The position numbers and the translations under genes were made by a program. Shown here piece after piece: positions 50,242 to 61,887 of a DNA stretch of 64,000 nt; positions within the stretch are counted from its first letter, which is position 1, and each line of letters starts with the position of its first letter. The notes under the pieces were generated by a model that was given only the letters and a program-made list of their open reading frames with translations, did not search any database and was not told where the DNA came from. Source of the stretch: Asterias rubens. Taxonomy: Eukaryota. The DNA lies in the NCBI RefSeq assembly GCF_902459465.1, contig NC_047066.1, positions 1,116,001-1,180,000 of the forward strand, read 5' to 3'.

Positions 50242-51800
50242 TTAAAGGAAGTGATACACCTTTACAGATTGTTTCCAAAACCCAATAAGTACTATTTCTT
50301 TTGTATACAAGTCAGGGTTAGATAAACTAAGCATTTTGTTAAAATTGTATTACCCTTGTATCTTGTAAAACTAAAAAGAAAAACTCTGAAGACCCTCTCA
50401 TACTTTTTTACTTACGTACTGGAGTTTTTTTCACACAAGGTTTGTATGTTCTTACTTATGTGAAAGGTTTTCTTATAATATTATTGTATTCTTCATTTCT
50501 GAAATAACCATGTCTTTCTTGTTGGTGTGTGAAGTTGTTTAGTTTAAATAAGTGTTTCTACTTTTTAGTTTAGTATTTAAATTTATTAGATAGATTTATG
50601 TGGTTGTGTTAGTAATGTAGTATTCGGATTACATAAAGAAGTTTTCTTTGTTGTACAAATTTACAAAAAATCAAAAGGTTGGTAAAACAAATGTACTTAA
50701 TAGTTATCTAGTAAGGTTTTACGGTAACACTGTGTGCATGGGGAGTGAAATCTCTCTATGAGTTGGGGTTCTGGAAATAACTGTTGGTGGAACAATTACT
50801 CATTTTAAGAATTGCCACAACTTGAGAGGGATTTCATTCTCATGGTGGTTCCACAACCCTGGGGTTGTATTCTCCACTATGCAAAGTTTCAAATCCCACT
50901 AAGTTAATATGAAATGTGGCCTTACAGCCATAATTGGTGCCTCAGAAGAAATTTGTAAAAATAGTACTTAAATTTGTTATAATTTTGTGCTACTTGTTGT
51001 ATATTTTGTTATTGAAGAAACATATTCCTTGTGAGACTTTATGGGTTAGATTAAAACATGCTTACTTTGTAGAATTTGTGTTGTTTGAACATTATTTGGT
51101 AGTTAGTGATGAAGGGTTTTGTTGAGGAAAAGACGGAGGCTAATAGTTTTGGTCAGAGATGAGGCACTTCACAGGTGTTGCATGCTTCCATCTTTCAGCT
51201 GAAAAAAGGCTATTGTTTCCCTAAAAAAGTACCCCTAAAACATGCTCTTTGATCTACAGCTATAGTTCTCTCAGTTACTGTTCCAATAATTATGTGGTTG
51301 AAGTGCCATCATTCTTGTGAACTAAACTTGGGTCAATTTTTTTTGCCAGAGGTTTCTGTCAGAAACTCTCGTGCCTGTATTAGTGTATTTACAGAGTTGT
51401 TTTTTTGTGGGGGAAAATCGCGTCATATTGTAACTGGTTTGTTGGAATTTAAACTGCCTTTTAAACTCTCTTTTATAAAGTTATTGTAAACATCGTGTTG
51501 TTATTTGGAGCAGCTGGCTAGCAGGTGGCTTACGATTATTATTTATCGATCAATAAATTTGGTATTGTGGCTATTTTTCAATCCCATTCGACAATTGAGG
51601 GCGCTACTCCACTTCTTAAAAACACACGTGTACAATCGTATTGTTGTGTACATACACAATGTGCACTGTTGATCTTGTGCAACCAGACACAAAACAACGG
51701 ACGACGAGCGATCGCGCGCGGTTGTCAGATAAAGAGTCGAGTGTAAATTCAAGCATTGGTAGGCCCACCCTCTTCATTTGGCGTGGTAGTTTTTCTCAAA

Positions 51801-54800
51801 ATGACGGCTTCAAGCACATCTAGAATCCGTATTCCCAGATCCCATATGTTATCATCATGGGTACTTTGTGCATTAGGAATTGTGCTCTCTGTTTATGCAC
51901 TGTACGTAGAAACATCAAAGGAATCGAACCCTGATTTTACGGCGATGTGTGACATTGGTCAAAGCGTTAGCTGTTCCAAAGTGTTTACATCTAGGTAAGT
52001 AACTGTTGTGGTTAGCGGAGTTTCACAAATACTATCAGTATCATCCAGTCAGTAGCTTGTGTTAAAACGAATTAATCTACATATTATATATGAAGTTATA
52101 GTCTTTCTGTGCAACAAGTAGGCGTTTTAATTATAAGCAAATAAATATTTTGTTTAGGGTTGGCCTTTCATCAAGGCCAACCCAAGGGCAACCTCGTTAA
52201 ATGTCTGTCGCGGTGATATGATAGATAGCGTTCTGACTCTATTCCTAATTGAGTTCCCCGTGATTCCCATGGTATTTTCGTCGCTAGACTGCTGGCTCCA
52301 CGAAACTACTGCTCTCACGACTACCGTCCCATGTAAATGGGGAGTAGAACTATAGTTAGAAGTTGACAACCAGCAGTTGCGCGAGAGCAGTGTTCTCGCG
52401 AGAGCACCGCCACAACTTGACTATCTTACCGCGGCAGACCATTAACAACCTGTGCGCAACCCTGCCTTGTGGTGTAAATTGTTCTTAATCTTACCATGTA
52501 GAGCATGCAATAAACACTATGATCTTTAACTATACTCGCACTAGTACTATAATACACTAGTCTACCGGGTAGGCTAGTTAGTGTTCAGACAACTCGTCCA
52601 TAGGACAACTCGACCATTACAACTCGACGGTTGAGACAGCTCGACCATTCGGACAACTCGACAGACTTTTTTTTCAACTGTCAGACAAGTCGACGGATTG
52701 CCGTGACGGGGGCCTCACCACAACAATGACCACCTATGTACTCAATAAATTATGCACCCATCTTTGTAGTCTTTATTCGGTTTATGCTCTTTAAGTTTTT
52801 TGCGAAGATTTCAAATGAATAAACGAAGGCTTAATTTTCCCTGATTATGGCAGGTACGGAAGAGGGTTTGGAATTATTGGGCGAGTTCTAGGAGAACATC
52901 ATATATTGAATCAACCTAACAGCATATTTGGTATTCTTTTCTACTTTCTTCAAGTTTTAATTGGTAAGTACTTTAAACTAACTAACTGTTTCCCTTTTTC
53001 TTCTGAAATTGTGACCAGTTATTTTTTTTAACACAACAAATAGGCTAAATAATGTTTTTGTGTTGCGCGCTCTCAGTATCTCATAAGAGAAAAAGAAGTA
53101 AAGTACCCCCTGCAACAAGCAGAGAAAGGGCCTTGGTGCCCTTGCCCATGAAGAATGAAGAATCGGCAGGGTAGGAGTGGGATGTCTGATCATCAGGTAG
53201 AGAAAGGGCCTTGGTGCCCTTGCCCATGAAGAATGAAGAATCGGCAGGGTAGGAGTGGGATGTCTGATCATCGTAGAGAAAGAGCCTTGGTGCCCTTGCC
53301 CATGAAGAATGAAGAATCGGCAGGGTAGGAGTGGGATGTCTGATCATCAGGTAGAGAGAGAGCCTTGGTGCCCTTGCCCATGAAGAATGAAGAATCGGCA
53401 GGGTAGGAGTGGGATGTCTGATCATCAGGTAGAGAGAGAGCCTTGGTGCCCTTGCCCATGAAGAATGAAGAATCGGCAGGGTAGGAGTGGGATGTCTGAT
53501 CATCAGGTAGAGAGAGAGCCTTGGTGCCCTTGCCCATGAAGAATGAAGATTCGGCAGGGTAGGAGTGGGATGTCTGATCATCAGGTAGAGAGAGAGCCTT
53601 GGTGCCCTTGCCCATGAAGAATGAAGAATCGGCAGGGTAGGAGTGGGATGTCTGATCATCAGGTAGAGAGAGAGCCTTGGTGCCCTTGCCCATGAAGAAT
53701 GAAGAATCGGCAGGGTAGGAGTGGGATGTCTGATCATCAGGTAGAGAGAGAGCCTTGGTGCCCTTGCCCATGAAGAATGAAGAATCGGCAGGGTAGGAGT
53801 GGGATGTCTGATCATCAGGTAGAGAGAGAGCCTTGGTGCCCTTGCCCATGAAGAATGAAGAATCGGCAGGGTAGGAGTGGGATGTCTGATCATCAGGTAG
53901 AGAGAGAGCCTTGGTGCCCTTGCCCATGAAGAATGAAGAATCGGCAGGGTAGGAGTGGGATGTCTGATCATCAGGTAGAGAGAGAGCCTTGGTGCCCTTG
54001 CCCATGAAGAATGAAGAATCGGCAGGGTAGGAGTGGGATGTCTGATCATCAGGTAGAGAGAGAGCCTTGGTGCCCTTGCCCATGAAGAATGAAGAATCGG
54101 CAGGGTAGGAGTGGGATGTCTGATCATCAGGTAGAGAGAGAGCCTTGGTGCCCTTGCCCATGAAGAATGAAGAATCGGCAGGGTAGGAGTGGGATGTCTG
54201 ATCATCAGGTAGAGAGAGAGCCTTGGTGCCCTTGCCCATGAAGAATGAAGAATCGGCAGGGTAGGAGTGGGATGTCTGATCATCAGGTAGAGAGAGAGCC
54301 TTGGTGCCCTTGCCCATGAAGAATGAAAAATCGGGCCTGGAGTAGGCTATGCAAAAAAAGTTTTTTCATCAACATTTTTTAGGACATCTTTGCTTTATTG
54401 AAATCATTGCATTATGTTTAATCAGCCACAACATTGTGAACATTTGTTTAGGATAAGGACTTTAGGCTTGATTTAGGACAAGGTAACTTTACGCTCTGCC
54501 TGTTCATAATTCCTGGCAGTTCATACCGCAGGGGAAAAAAAGGTTTGAAATTCATTAAGTTTGTAGTGATTCCTTCAGTTGTTTCTGACAAGGTGTATAG
54601 TAATTAACAATCCAGGTTAAAATACCATCTTTTTAATCCAGGATATACTTTATAGATTAAAAAATAAAGAATTAAAACAACTATTATCAAATTTATCAAC
54701 TCAAGCATTGTGGTACAATGTATGTGTGTCAGCGTTGTAAAAGAGACTAAAGTTCAAGACTAAGATCTTCCGTCTGAGACCAAGACATTAATGTCCGAGT

Positions 54801-56492
54801 TCAGAGGGAGACCTGGAAACAGCCGAGACCTCAACAGTCTGCTGGAGTCGGGTTTCTATACAGGTGTCCCAGGGAACTCTGTCTGCCGACGATTCTGTCC
54901 CCTGTTTAGGAAATTAACATGGGCTGGAGGAGGAATGTTCAAAAGAGGGCGCTTTCAGAATAAGTTTGTGCACAGTTCGCTGTATGGGGGGACAGAGTCT
55001 CCGGGGGAACAGAATCTCCGGTCAGGCCGGGACCTGTCCCCAGACCTACAACACTGATGTGTGTGCTGTTTGTGAGTTCAAACAGCGGACATATAACAAA
55101 ACAGGACCATAGAGTCCAATGATTGGGAATGGTCCTCAGTTGGAAAACATGTGTAAAACCAATGGGAGCTGTTGCAACAAAGAGGGACAATAGGAGGTTC
55201 GCAGTTTGCAGGGGTAGACAAGCTTGGTTGTGTTGTTAATTATGTACAACGTGTCACAATGTGTTTCAAGTATTACCAGGACTAGAACCTGAAGGGTGCT
55301 TTAGTAAAAACTGAATGCACAAAATACCAGCAACTTCTACATTTCAATTAAAACTTTAATTCAATTTTAGCTTCACTTGTTACAATTTGTCCCAGTTTGT
55401 TTAATATTCTAGATTGAGAGAGTGAGGGTTGTGTGCCATCTGTTGCTGGTTTAATCTCATGTTATCAACACAAAATATCAAATAATTTAGCAACCATAAA
55501 TTTTTATTTTTTATCAATAAAAATGTTTATTTTACATATCTTTTGTAATAAATTTACTGAGAAGCAATTTCTGTTTTCAAAGTCCAAGGTCCAAGCATGA
55601 TTTTTGTTCTAGTTTAGAGCAGCATTACTGCTCTTAAATGTTAGGCTAATGCTTGTAGATTAGAATAAAGTGAAACAATGGTCATAGGCTTTATTATGAA
55701 CATTCCAAAACCAAAAGGATGTGCTGAATCACTTCAGCACCTTGCATGTAGCCATCATAGCCTGGATCCCACTCAAGGCCATTTGATTACACTGTAAGCT
55801 AGACTGATAACTATTAATAAGGCTACAGTATCTATTATTTAGGCCAAATAGAAACAAACAAAGACAGTCATTGTGATGTAAATGGAGTACTGACTGGAAA
55901 AGAGTAAAAGTCAAGTTCTGGCAGGCTGGCAGGCCGGACTAAAAATAAATAGGCTACATGTAAATTTGACAGAGGGCGCTGTCTTAAATTGGCATTGCAT
56001 GTACTAAGTGCGCCAGTTGGGCTGAGTTTGGCTGTTTCTCTCTGGCAACATTGAAGATTAAAAAGAGCAAAAAAATTAAAAGTCAGAAAAGAGCAAAAAA
56101 ATTAAGAGATAGATTTTGGAAATTTAGCCTTTTTTTTTGGGGGGGGGGAGGTGGTTTTGTGGGAGGAATCTTCTTTTGAATTTGAAGTTTCAGTTCAGTC
56201 AAAAAAATTGCACTTTTAAATATATTTTACAGTGTAATATTGTTACAACTCATCTATTTTGCTTGTTTGTTTTTCAGGTCAGATTCACACATTGTCTGCC
56301 TGTAACTTCCTGATCATGACTTCCATCCTGGCCAATCTTGGCTCTGTCTATCTCGGCTACATCCTCTACTTCATCTTAGAAGATGCTTGCATCGTTTGTA
56401 TCTCAACCTACATCGTCAATGCCCTGTTGCTAGGCGTCAACATTCTCAAGTGGACATACTTAAAGAGGAACCTTTCAAAAAAGAAAGAATGA
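51801..56492 (+). CDS. VKORC1: Vitamin K epoxide reductase (VKORC1/VKORC1L1 family), 172 aa, 3 exons
   Basis: Exons 51801-51994, 52854-52963, 56278-56492 (phases 2,1). Motifs [38 protein letters not shown] and the CIVC redox site. Confidence 0.93.
53121..54333. repeat. 78-bp minisatellite, about 15.5 near-identical copies, in VKORC1 intron 2
   Basis: Unit AGAGAGAGCCTTGGTGCCCTTGCCCATGAAGAATGAAGAATCGGCAGGGTAGGAGTGGGATGTCTGATCATCAGGTAG; explains the 400-aa and 349-aa repetitive ORFs. Confidence 0.97.
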
Positions 56493-56583
56493 AGATATTG
56501 TGTGACAGTTACAATCCTTGGTAGACTTCACCTAGCCCTCTGATGAGATTACCCCCCCCCCCCCGACTGCAGCATTGGAGGGG

Positions 56584-56808
56584 TATAGACCGTATTGAAT
56601 ATGATGTCACCATTCAAATATCTGACCTACAAGATGGCATCTGTGAGTGTGTGCGTGCAAGTGTGCGTGCATGTGCCGTATAAATCAAACCGATAAGCTG
56701 CGCTCTGGGTGCTTTTCTGATGTACGCGTTTGGACGCCTAGACATGTACAGTTCTCCCTACAAGATGGCGACTTTCATAGCAAAGTAGGGGTTATTCAAT
56801 ATGGTCTA
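56584..56808. mobile_element. MITE downstream of the VKORC1 stop codon
   Basis: ATAGACCGTATTGAATA / TATTCAATATGGTCTAT inverted ends. Confidence 0.65.
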
Positions 56809-56826
56809 TTGTTGTCAGGACCTTAG

Positions 56827-56934
56827 CTGGGCCCAAATTTATGGCTCTACTTACACTGTAGGGAATTCCAAGCCAAGAATGGTGATCGCAAGCGTAGAAT
56901 TCGGTGGTAAGCAGAGCCCTGAAATTTGGCCCAG
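56827..56934. mobile_element. 108-bp Harbinger-type MITE
   Basis: CTGGGCCCAAATTTATGGCTCTACTTAC / GTAAGCAGAGCCCTGAAATTTGGCCCAG; same TIR family as 40372-41008. Confidence 0.65.
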
Positions 56935-58209
56935 ATCTGTGGCTGTACATGGAATTATGAACAGTGCAATAATGACAGCGCCTTTTTTTGATGTGACAGT
57001 CAACATGTGCGCAGGAATATAGTTACAGGTCATTAATCTATAAACATCCTAAGGCCTGCACTGCACTCCCAGTTAATGGTGCATACACAATTATTCGGAA
57101 TCCCCATATTTTATAATCTATGAATATATATAAAAATTGAAATAATCCTGTGTATATAAAGAATGTTTTAAAATGAGAAAGGATTTTTCTATCTTTCGAT
57201 CGTAGATATTAAATGTTTTCCCAAAAGATCCTTTGTAGCGGTCCCAAGAAGTGCCCCCAGAGTTCTGTCTAGCTACGTAACCTTTTTAAGACAAATTAAG
57301 TTCTTTAAAGCAAAGTTACTTCATACTTAAGACATACTTGTAGGAGGTTGTGTTTTTCTTTAAAAATCTCCAAGTATTCTTAAAGAAGTGTAGTTTTTTG
57401 TTTTTATAAAGGACCAGACAACCTTCCTCGGGCTCATTTTATGAATCAAATGAAAAATAATAGTTTATAACATAATTATTAATGACATAAGGGGATTTTA
57501 TTGTAGCAATGTATGTACAAAATAAACACATTTACTGCCTTTATTTAAAATCATACTTTCTTTTTTTAAAGTTTTACTCCACAGTTTTGTTTTTGGAACA
57601 AAGCAACCAAAGAAAAATAATGCTTTTCTTGTTCTCATTTCAGCAATAATATATTGTTTTCAATAATGTGCAATTCACTGCTTGATTCAATCACAATTCA
57701 TAACTTTTAGGGTCTGTGAGACGAGTTTTTACAGACCATTTTTACAAGAGCCACAAAGCATGGTACTCACCCAAGCACAAAATTGTACACAGCCTAATTG
57801 AAGAACGGATTCATCTTGCATTTGATAGAGATCGCACCATACAATTTGTATCAACGACTGTGATGAAGAAAGGGGCACTACAAAAAAAATGTAACAATGG
57901 CTAATGTTATACTTATATAATTCAGAAAATAGAATTAGCTTTTCTCAAACTGCTTACCAGTCAATAACAAATTGTGGTATAAAATGATTTGTTTTTAAAA
58001 CTCTTTAATTTATGTGATACGTGTTAAATCAAATACAATCTTTCCAATATATGACCAGTGCAGTATCTTGGCTGCAAGGAAGTGTCCTGGATGAACAAGA
58101 TCACTCCTTTGTGGTAGGCCTACAGTATCTGTTGCATTTTCATCAATGCGGTCTTTAGAAACACACACAAGTCGGGTAACATTTATACCTTATGTAATTA
58201 TGCTATTAA

Positions 58210-58690
58210 CATATAACATAACATAACATAACATAACATAACAATTAACATTTATAATGCGCTATTCCATCAAGATCATAGCGCACTAGAAATAAATTAA
58301 CTTGGAAAACGGTGAGTCTTAAGGACTTTACGAAAAGCAGATAGAGTATTAGATTCCCTAATGGCAGTTGGGAGATTGTTCCAAATCATGGACGCAGCCA
58401 CACTGAAAGCCTTCCGACTTAGAACTTTGTTTGCTCAGGGAACATTCAAGCGAGTGATGTCAAGTGTGGACCGAAGAAATCGCGGAGGAGTGTAATGTGA
58501 CAGTAAAGTGTTAATATAATGAGGTGTAGTTTTGTTAAAGCATTTAAATACAAGAAGAGCAATCTTGAAATGGATTCGTTCTCTAATTGTTAGCCAATGA
58601 AGTTCCCTAAGTGATGAAGTAATATGTTCTCTCAAGGGTGTGGAACATATTAAACGAGCTGCCTTATTTTGATCTTTGAACTATTGTAGA
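58210..58690 (-). mobile_element. L2-type LINE 3' fragment
   Basis: REHITSSLRELHWLTIRERIHFKIALLVFKC...YTPPRFLRS is typical L2 ORF2 C-terminus; (ATAAC)n tail at 58210-58240. Confidence 0.8.
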
Positions 58691-59296
58691 GAAAAATAGT
58701 TAACGGTGTCAAGAATTGTCAAAATTGACTTGTTTGTTTTCGTGTAAAACCATAGATGTATAAAAAAGGTTCTAGCTAGATGTCTTTATTGTTTGTCATT
58801 TTATGTTGTGAAATATCACTTTAACCTATTCATGATAGTCTTATGCCTCGGTAAGACGGAAGTGATTTGGTAAAGGCCACCTCTCATCCCATTAAAAACG
58901 GTAAAACGCATAACAACGTGATGCCTTCAAGTAATTGGTGGGGGGGGGGGGGGGCAACAAGGTGATTTGGTGGTCGTCCTGAACAAATACACTTCTTTGT
59001 TATTTTTATTATTGTGTAATAGTGTTTAAATGATGTTCTTATTGTATCTTGGTAAAGGGTATTGTTAAAGATTTCCTTATGTTAACGTTCCTTTAGTCAT
59101 GACTTATTAACTAATAAAACATAATTTAACAACTATAATGTTTTACTGGCTTTAGTGCAATTTAATATGGGTTTAATATGGGTTTAAAAGGGGATCAGAA
59201 GTGATCAAAATCCGATAGTGAAATCCCCTAGATTTATAACTTCTTCCGTTTGGGCTGTACAAATTGTGCATTGTTGGCAGGCTCTGTGGTTCTTCA

Positions 59297-59990
59297 AGCC
59301 ATTGGACCCTTTCGGTACAGGAAAAAAAAAATCACATATTTACAAATAACTTACAGGGTTTACAGAAGGTAGTGGAGAAAGACTTCTCTTAAAATATTAT
59401 TCCATGAAATGCTTTACTTTTTTAGAAAACAGTAAAACAATATTAATTCTCGATATCGACAATTACGGATTTCTTTTAAACACATGTCATGACACGGCGA
59501 AACGTTTTCCCATTATTTTCTCCCGACTCCGATGACCGATTGAGCCTAAATTTTCACAGGTTTGATTGAGCCTAAATTTTCACAGGTTTGTTATTTTATA
59601 TATTAGTTGTGATACACGATGTGTGGGCCTTGGACAATACTGTTTACCGAAAGGGTCCAATAGCTTTAATTAAAGGCATTGGACACTATTGGTAATTACT
59701 CAAAATAATTATTAGCATATAACCTTACTTGGTAACGAGTAATGAAGAAATGTTGATAGTATAAGACTTTGTGAGAAACGGCTCCCTCTTTCGAGAAAAA
59801 AAAGTAATTTTCCACGACTTTAATTTTGAGACCTCAGAATTAGATTTTGTGGTGGAGAAGTCAACACAACTTCTTGTAACAAGATTTTATCTCGCAACTT
59901 GGACGACCAGTTGAGCTCAAATTTTCTGCATATGTTGTATACCAAGTGAGAAGACTGGTTTTTGACAATTACCAATAGTGTCCATTGTCT
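59297..59990. mobile_element. Adjacent family C (59297-59665) and family A (59674-59990) MITEs
   Basis: Two complete TIR pairs joined by TTAATTAA. Confidence 0.8.
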
Positions 59991-60156
59991 TTAAAGTCAA
60001 CACTGTGGCTTCGAAGGTCGCAACGTCAATGTGTTTACGATGCGATAATAATTAAAAAGCGTTGATGCGCTCTGTAATAATTATAAAATAATAATAGTAT
60101 AATAAAAGTAATACAATGCCCGATGAAACGTGATTATATGAAACGTGCCTTATTAA

Positions 60157-60527
60157 AGGAACACGTTGCCTTGGATCGGTCGAGTTGGTCTTTGAAAAGC
60201 GTTTGTAACCGTCTGTTACAAAATGCAAGATGTTTAACAAGTAGAATACAATGATCCACACACATTTGCCTCGAAATTGCGTGGTTTTCCTGTTACTCCG
60301 CGAACTAACACGGTCGGCCATTTATGGGAGTCAAAAATTTGACTCCCATAAATGGCCGATCGTGTTTGTCGACGAGGTAAAAGGAAAACCACGCAATTTC
60401 GAGTGATACTTGTGTGGATCATTATATTCTACTTTAAAAATATCTTTCTAATCATAGGCATTGTATAACAAACGATTACATACACTTTTCAAAGACCAAC
60501 TCGACCGATCCAAGGCAACGTGTTCCT
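60157..60527. mobile_element. MITE family D
   Basis: TTAA|AGGAACACGTTGCCTTGGATCGGTCGAGTTGGTC / GACCAACTCGACCGATCCAAGGCAACGTGTTCCT, with an internal hairpin. Confidence 0.85.
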
Positions 60528-61887
60528 TTACAATTGGAGCTTAAAGGCAGTGACCTTTTGGTTTTGTAACCGTTCGATTGTTTTAATCCTATATAGGCTT
60601 AGGCACCTGTGACAATTTCAATTCAGGTGGTAATTAATGCGATATCGCTGAAAACATGAAGAACTGTAAAACGGAATACACATTCTCAGAAACATTCGAC
60701 GCCTCAAATTTGTTTCAGATTAACTTTGTTAAAACTCCGATTCTTTAAAACCACATTACTAAAAGCAGAATAGTGTCTTTAAGACACTAATAAGATTAAT
60801 AATCTTATAATAGTTATCAACAGCATGCAGTGCAACTCACCTATAGCCGGGTATACGTTTAAATTATGGTTATTAATATTACTAAATAATTACTAAAGCT
60901 ATACCCGCCCTTTAATTCCCCCACCACGTCACGACCGTTCTTCTCCACTAAACATCAATAACTAGCCAATTAAAGTGTTTAATCCAAAAACTGTTGCTAT
61001 GGCTTCAGGTTCAAACAGAGGGTCAAAACAGATGGTTTAAGTGGTGTACGCAAGCCCTATAATTCAGTAGCCTCAACATTCACGATTCACGGAGGCGATG
61101 TAGGTTCTTCTGCAATACTTATCTGAAATTGCTTTAAATACAAACTAAACTATTGCTTCGAATCTTCTTGTATTGAACTGGAAGGATCCCTCGATCCGTA
61201 CCTATTGGAACACAGTCAGCAAGGTAAGACATGCTACCATGCAAAATATGCATTAAATAACAAACTGTGTGAAAATTTTGACTCGTTTGGTTCATCGAGA
61301 TTGCAAGAGAATAATGAAGAAAAACTAGACATAGTGCTTTTTGTTAATTACAAAAACACGGTGTTCGGTTGGACGTTACGTGATGACGTGGTTCAAAAAC
61401 ATTGAACCATAAAGATGTTTTTTATACAATGTGTCGTTATTTTATAGTTAAATGTGCATTACAGATTTGAGAATCCCCTTAAAATGTTTTAGAAAAGTGT
61501 GCCATAATGCGATCGTTAATGCAAAGCCACTCCGGATTTTTAGGTTTAGTTTTTCAACTGAAAATCTTATGTCACGATAAAAAGCCGGTTCTAAACGAAA
61601 GCAAGGTCAAACATTAACAAAAAAATGTTGTCGTGGTAGCATTTGTGATTCTCAAGATATAAATTGTCTAGCTATTTAATGTAATGACTTCATCAATGAC
61701 GTCATCAATTCAAAAAAGGTTGTGGTTTTGGTGCGAGACGTTATCACTCAACTATTGCGATTTTCCGCTCTTCACATAGCGCTCAATGTTTCTAAAATCT
61801 TTATACCCAACAGCGCCCTCTTTCGTTGGAACAAAGAGAGCGCCGTTGGATATTCCCCCCAAATTGCGCGCCATATGATTTTTACAA

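Noticed and set aside
53081-54317. 400-aa and 349-aa ORFs with 26-aa repeats
   Set aside because: By-products of the 78-bp minisatellite, antisense within a VKORC1 intron; no coding signals.
15561-58955. Numerous poly-G and poly-C tracts
   Set aside because: Scattered homopolymers with no pattern relative to features; lengths are unreliable.
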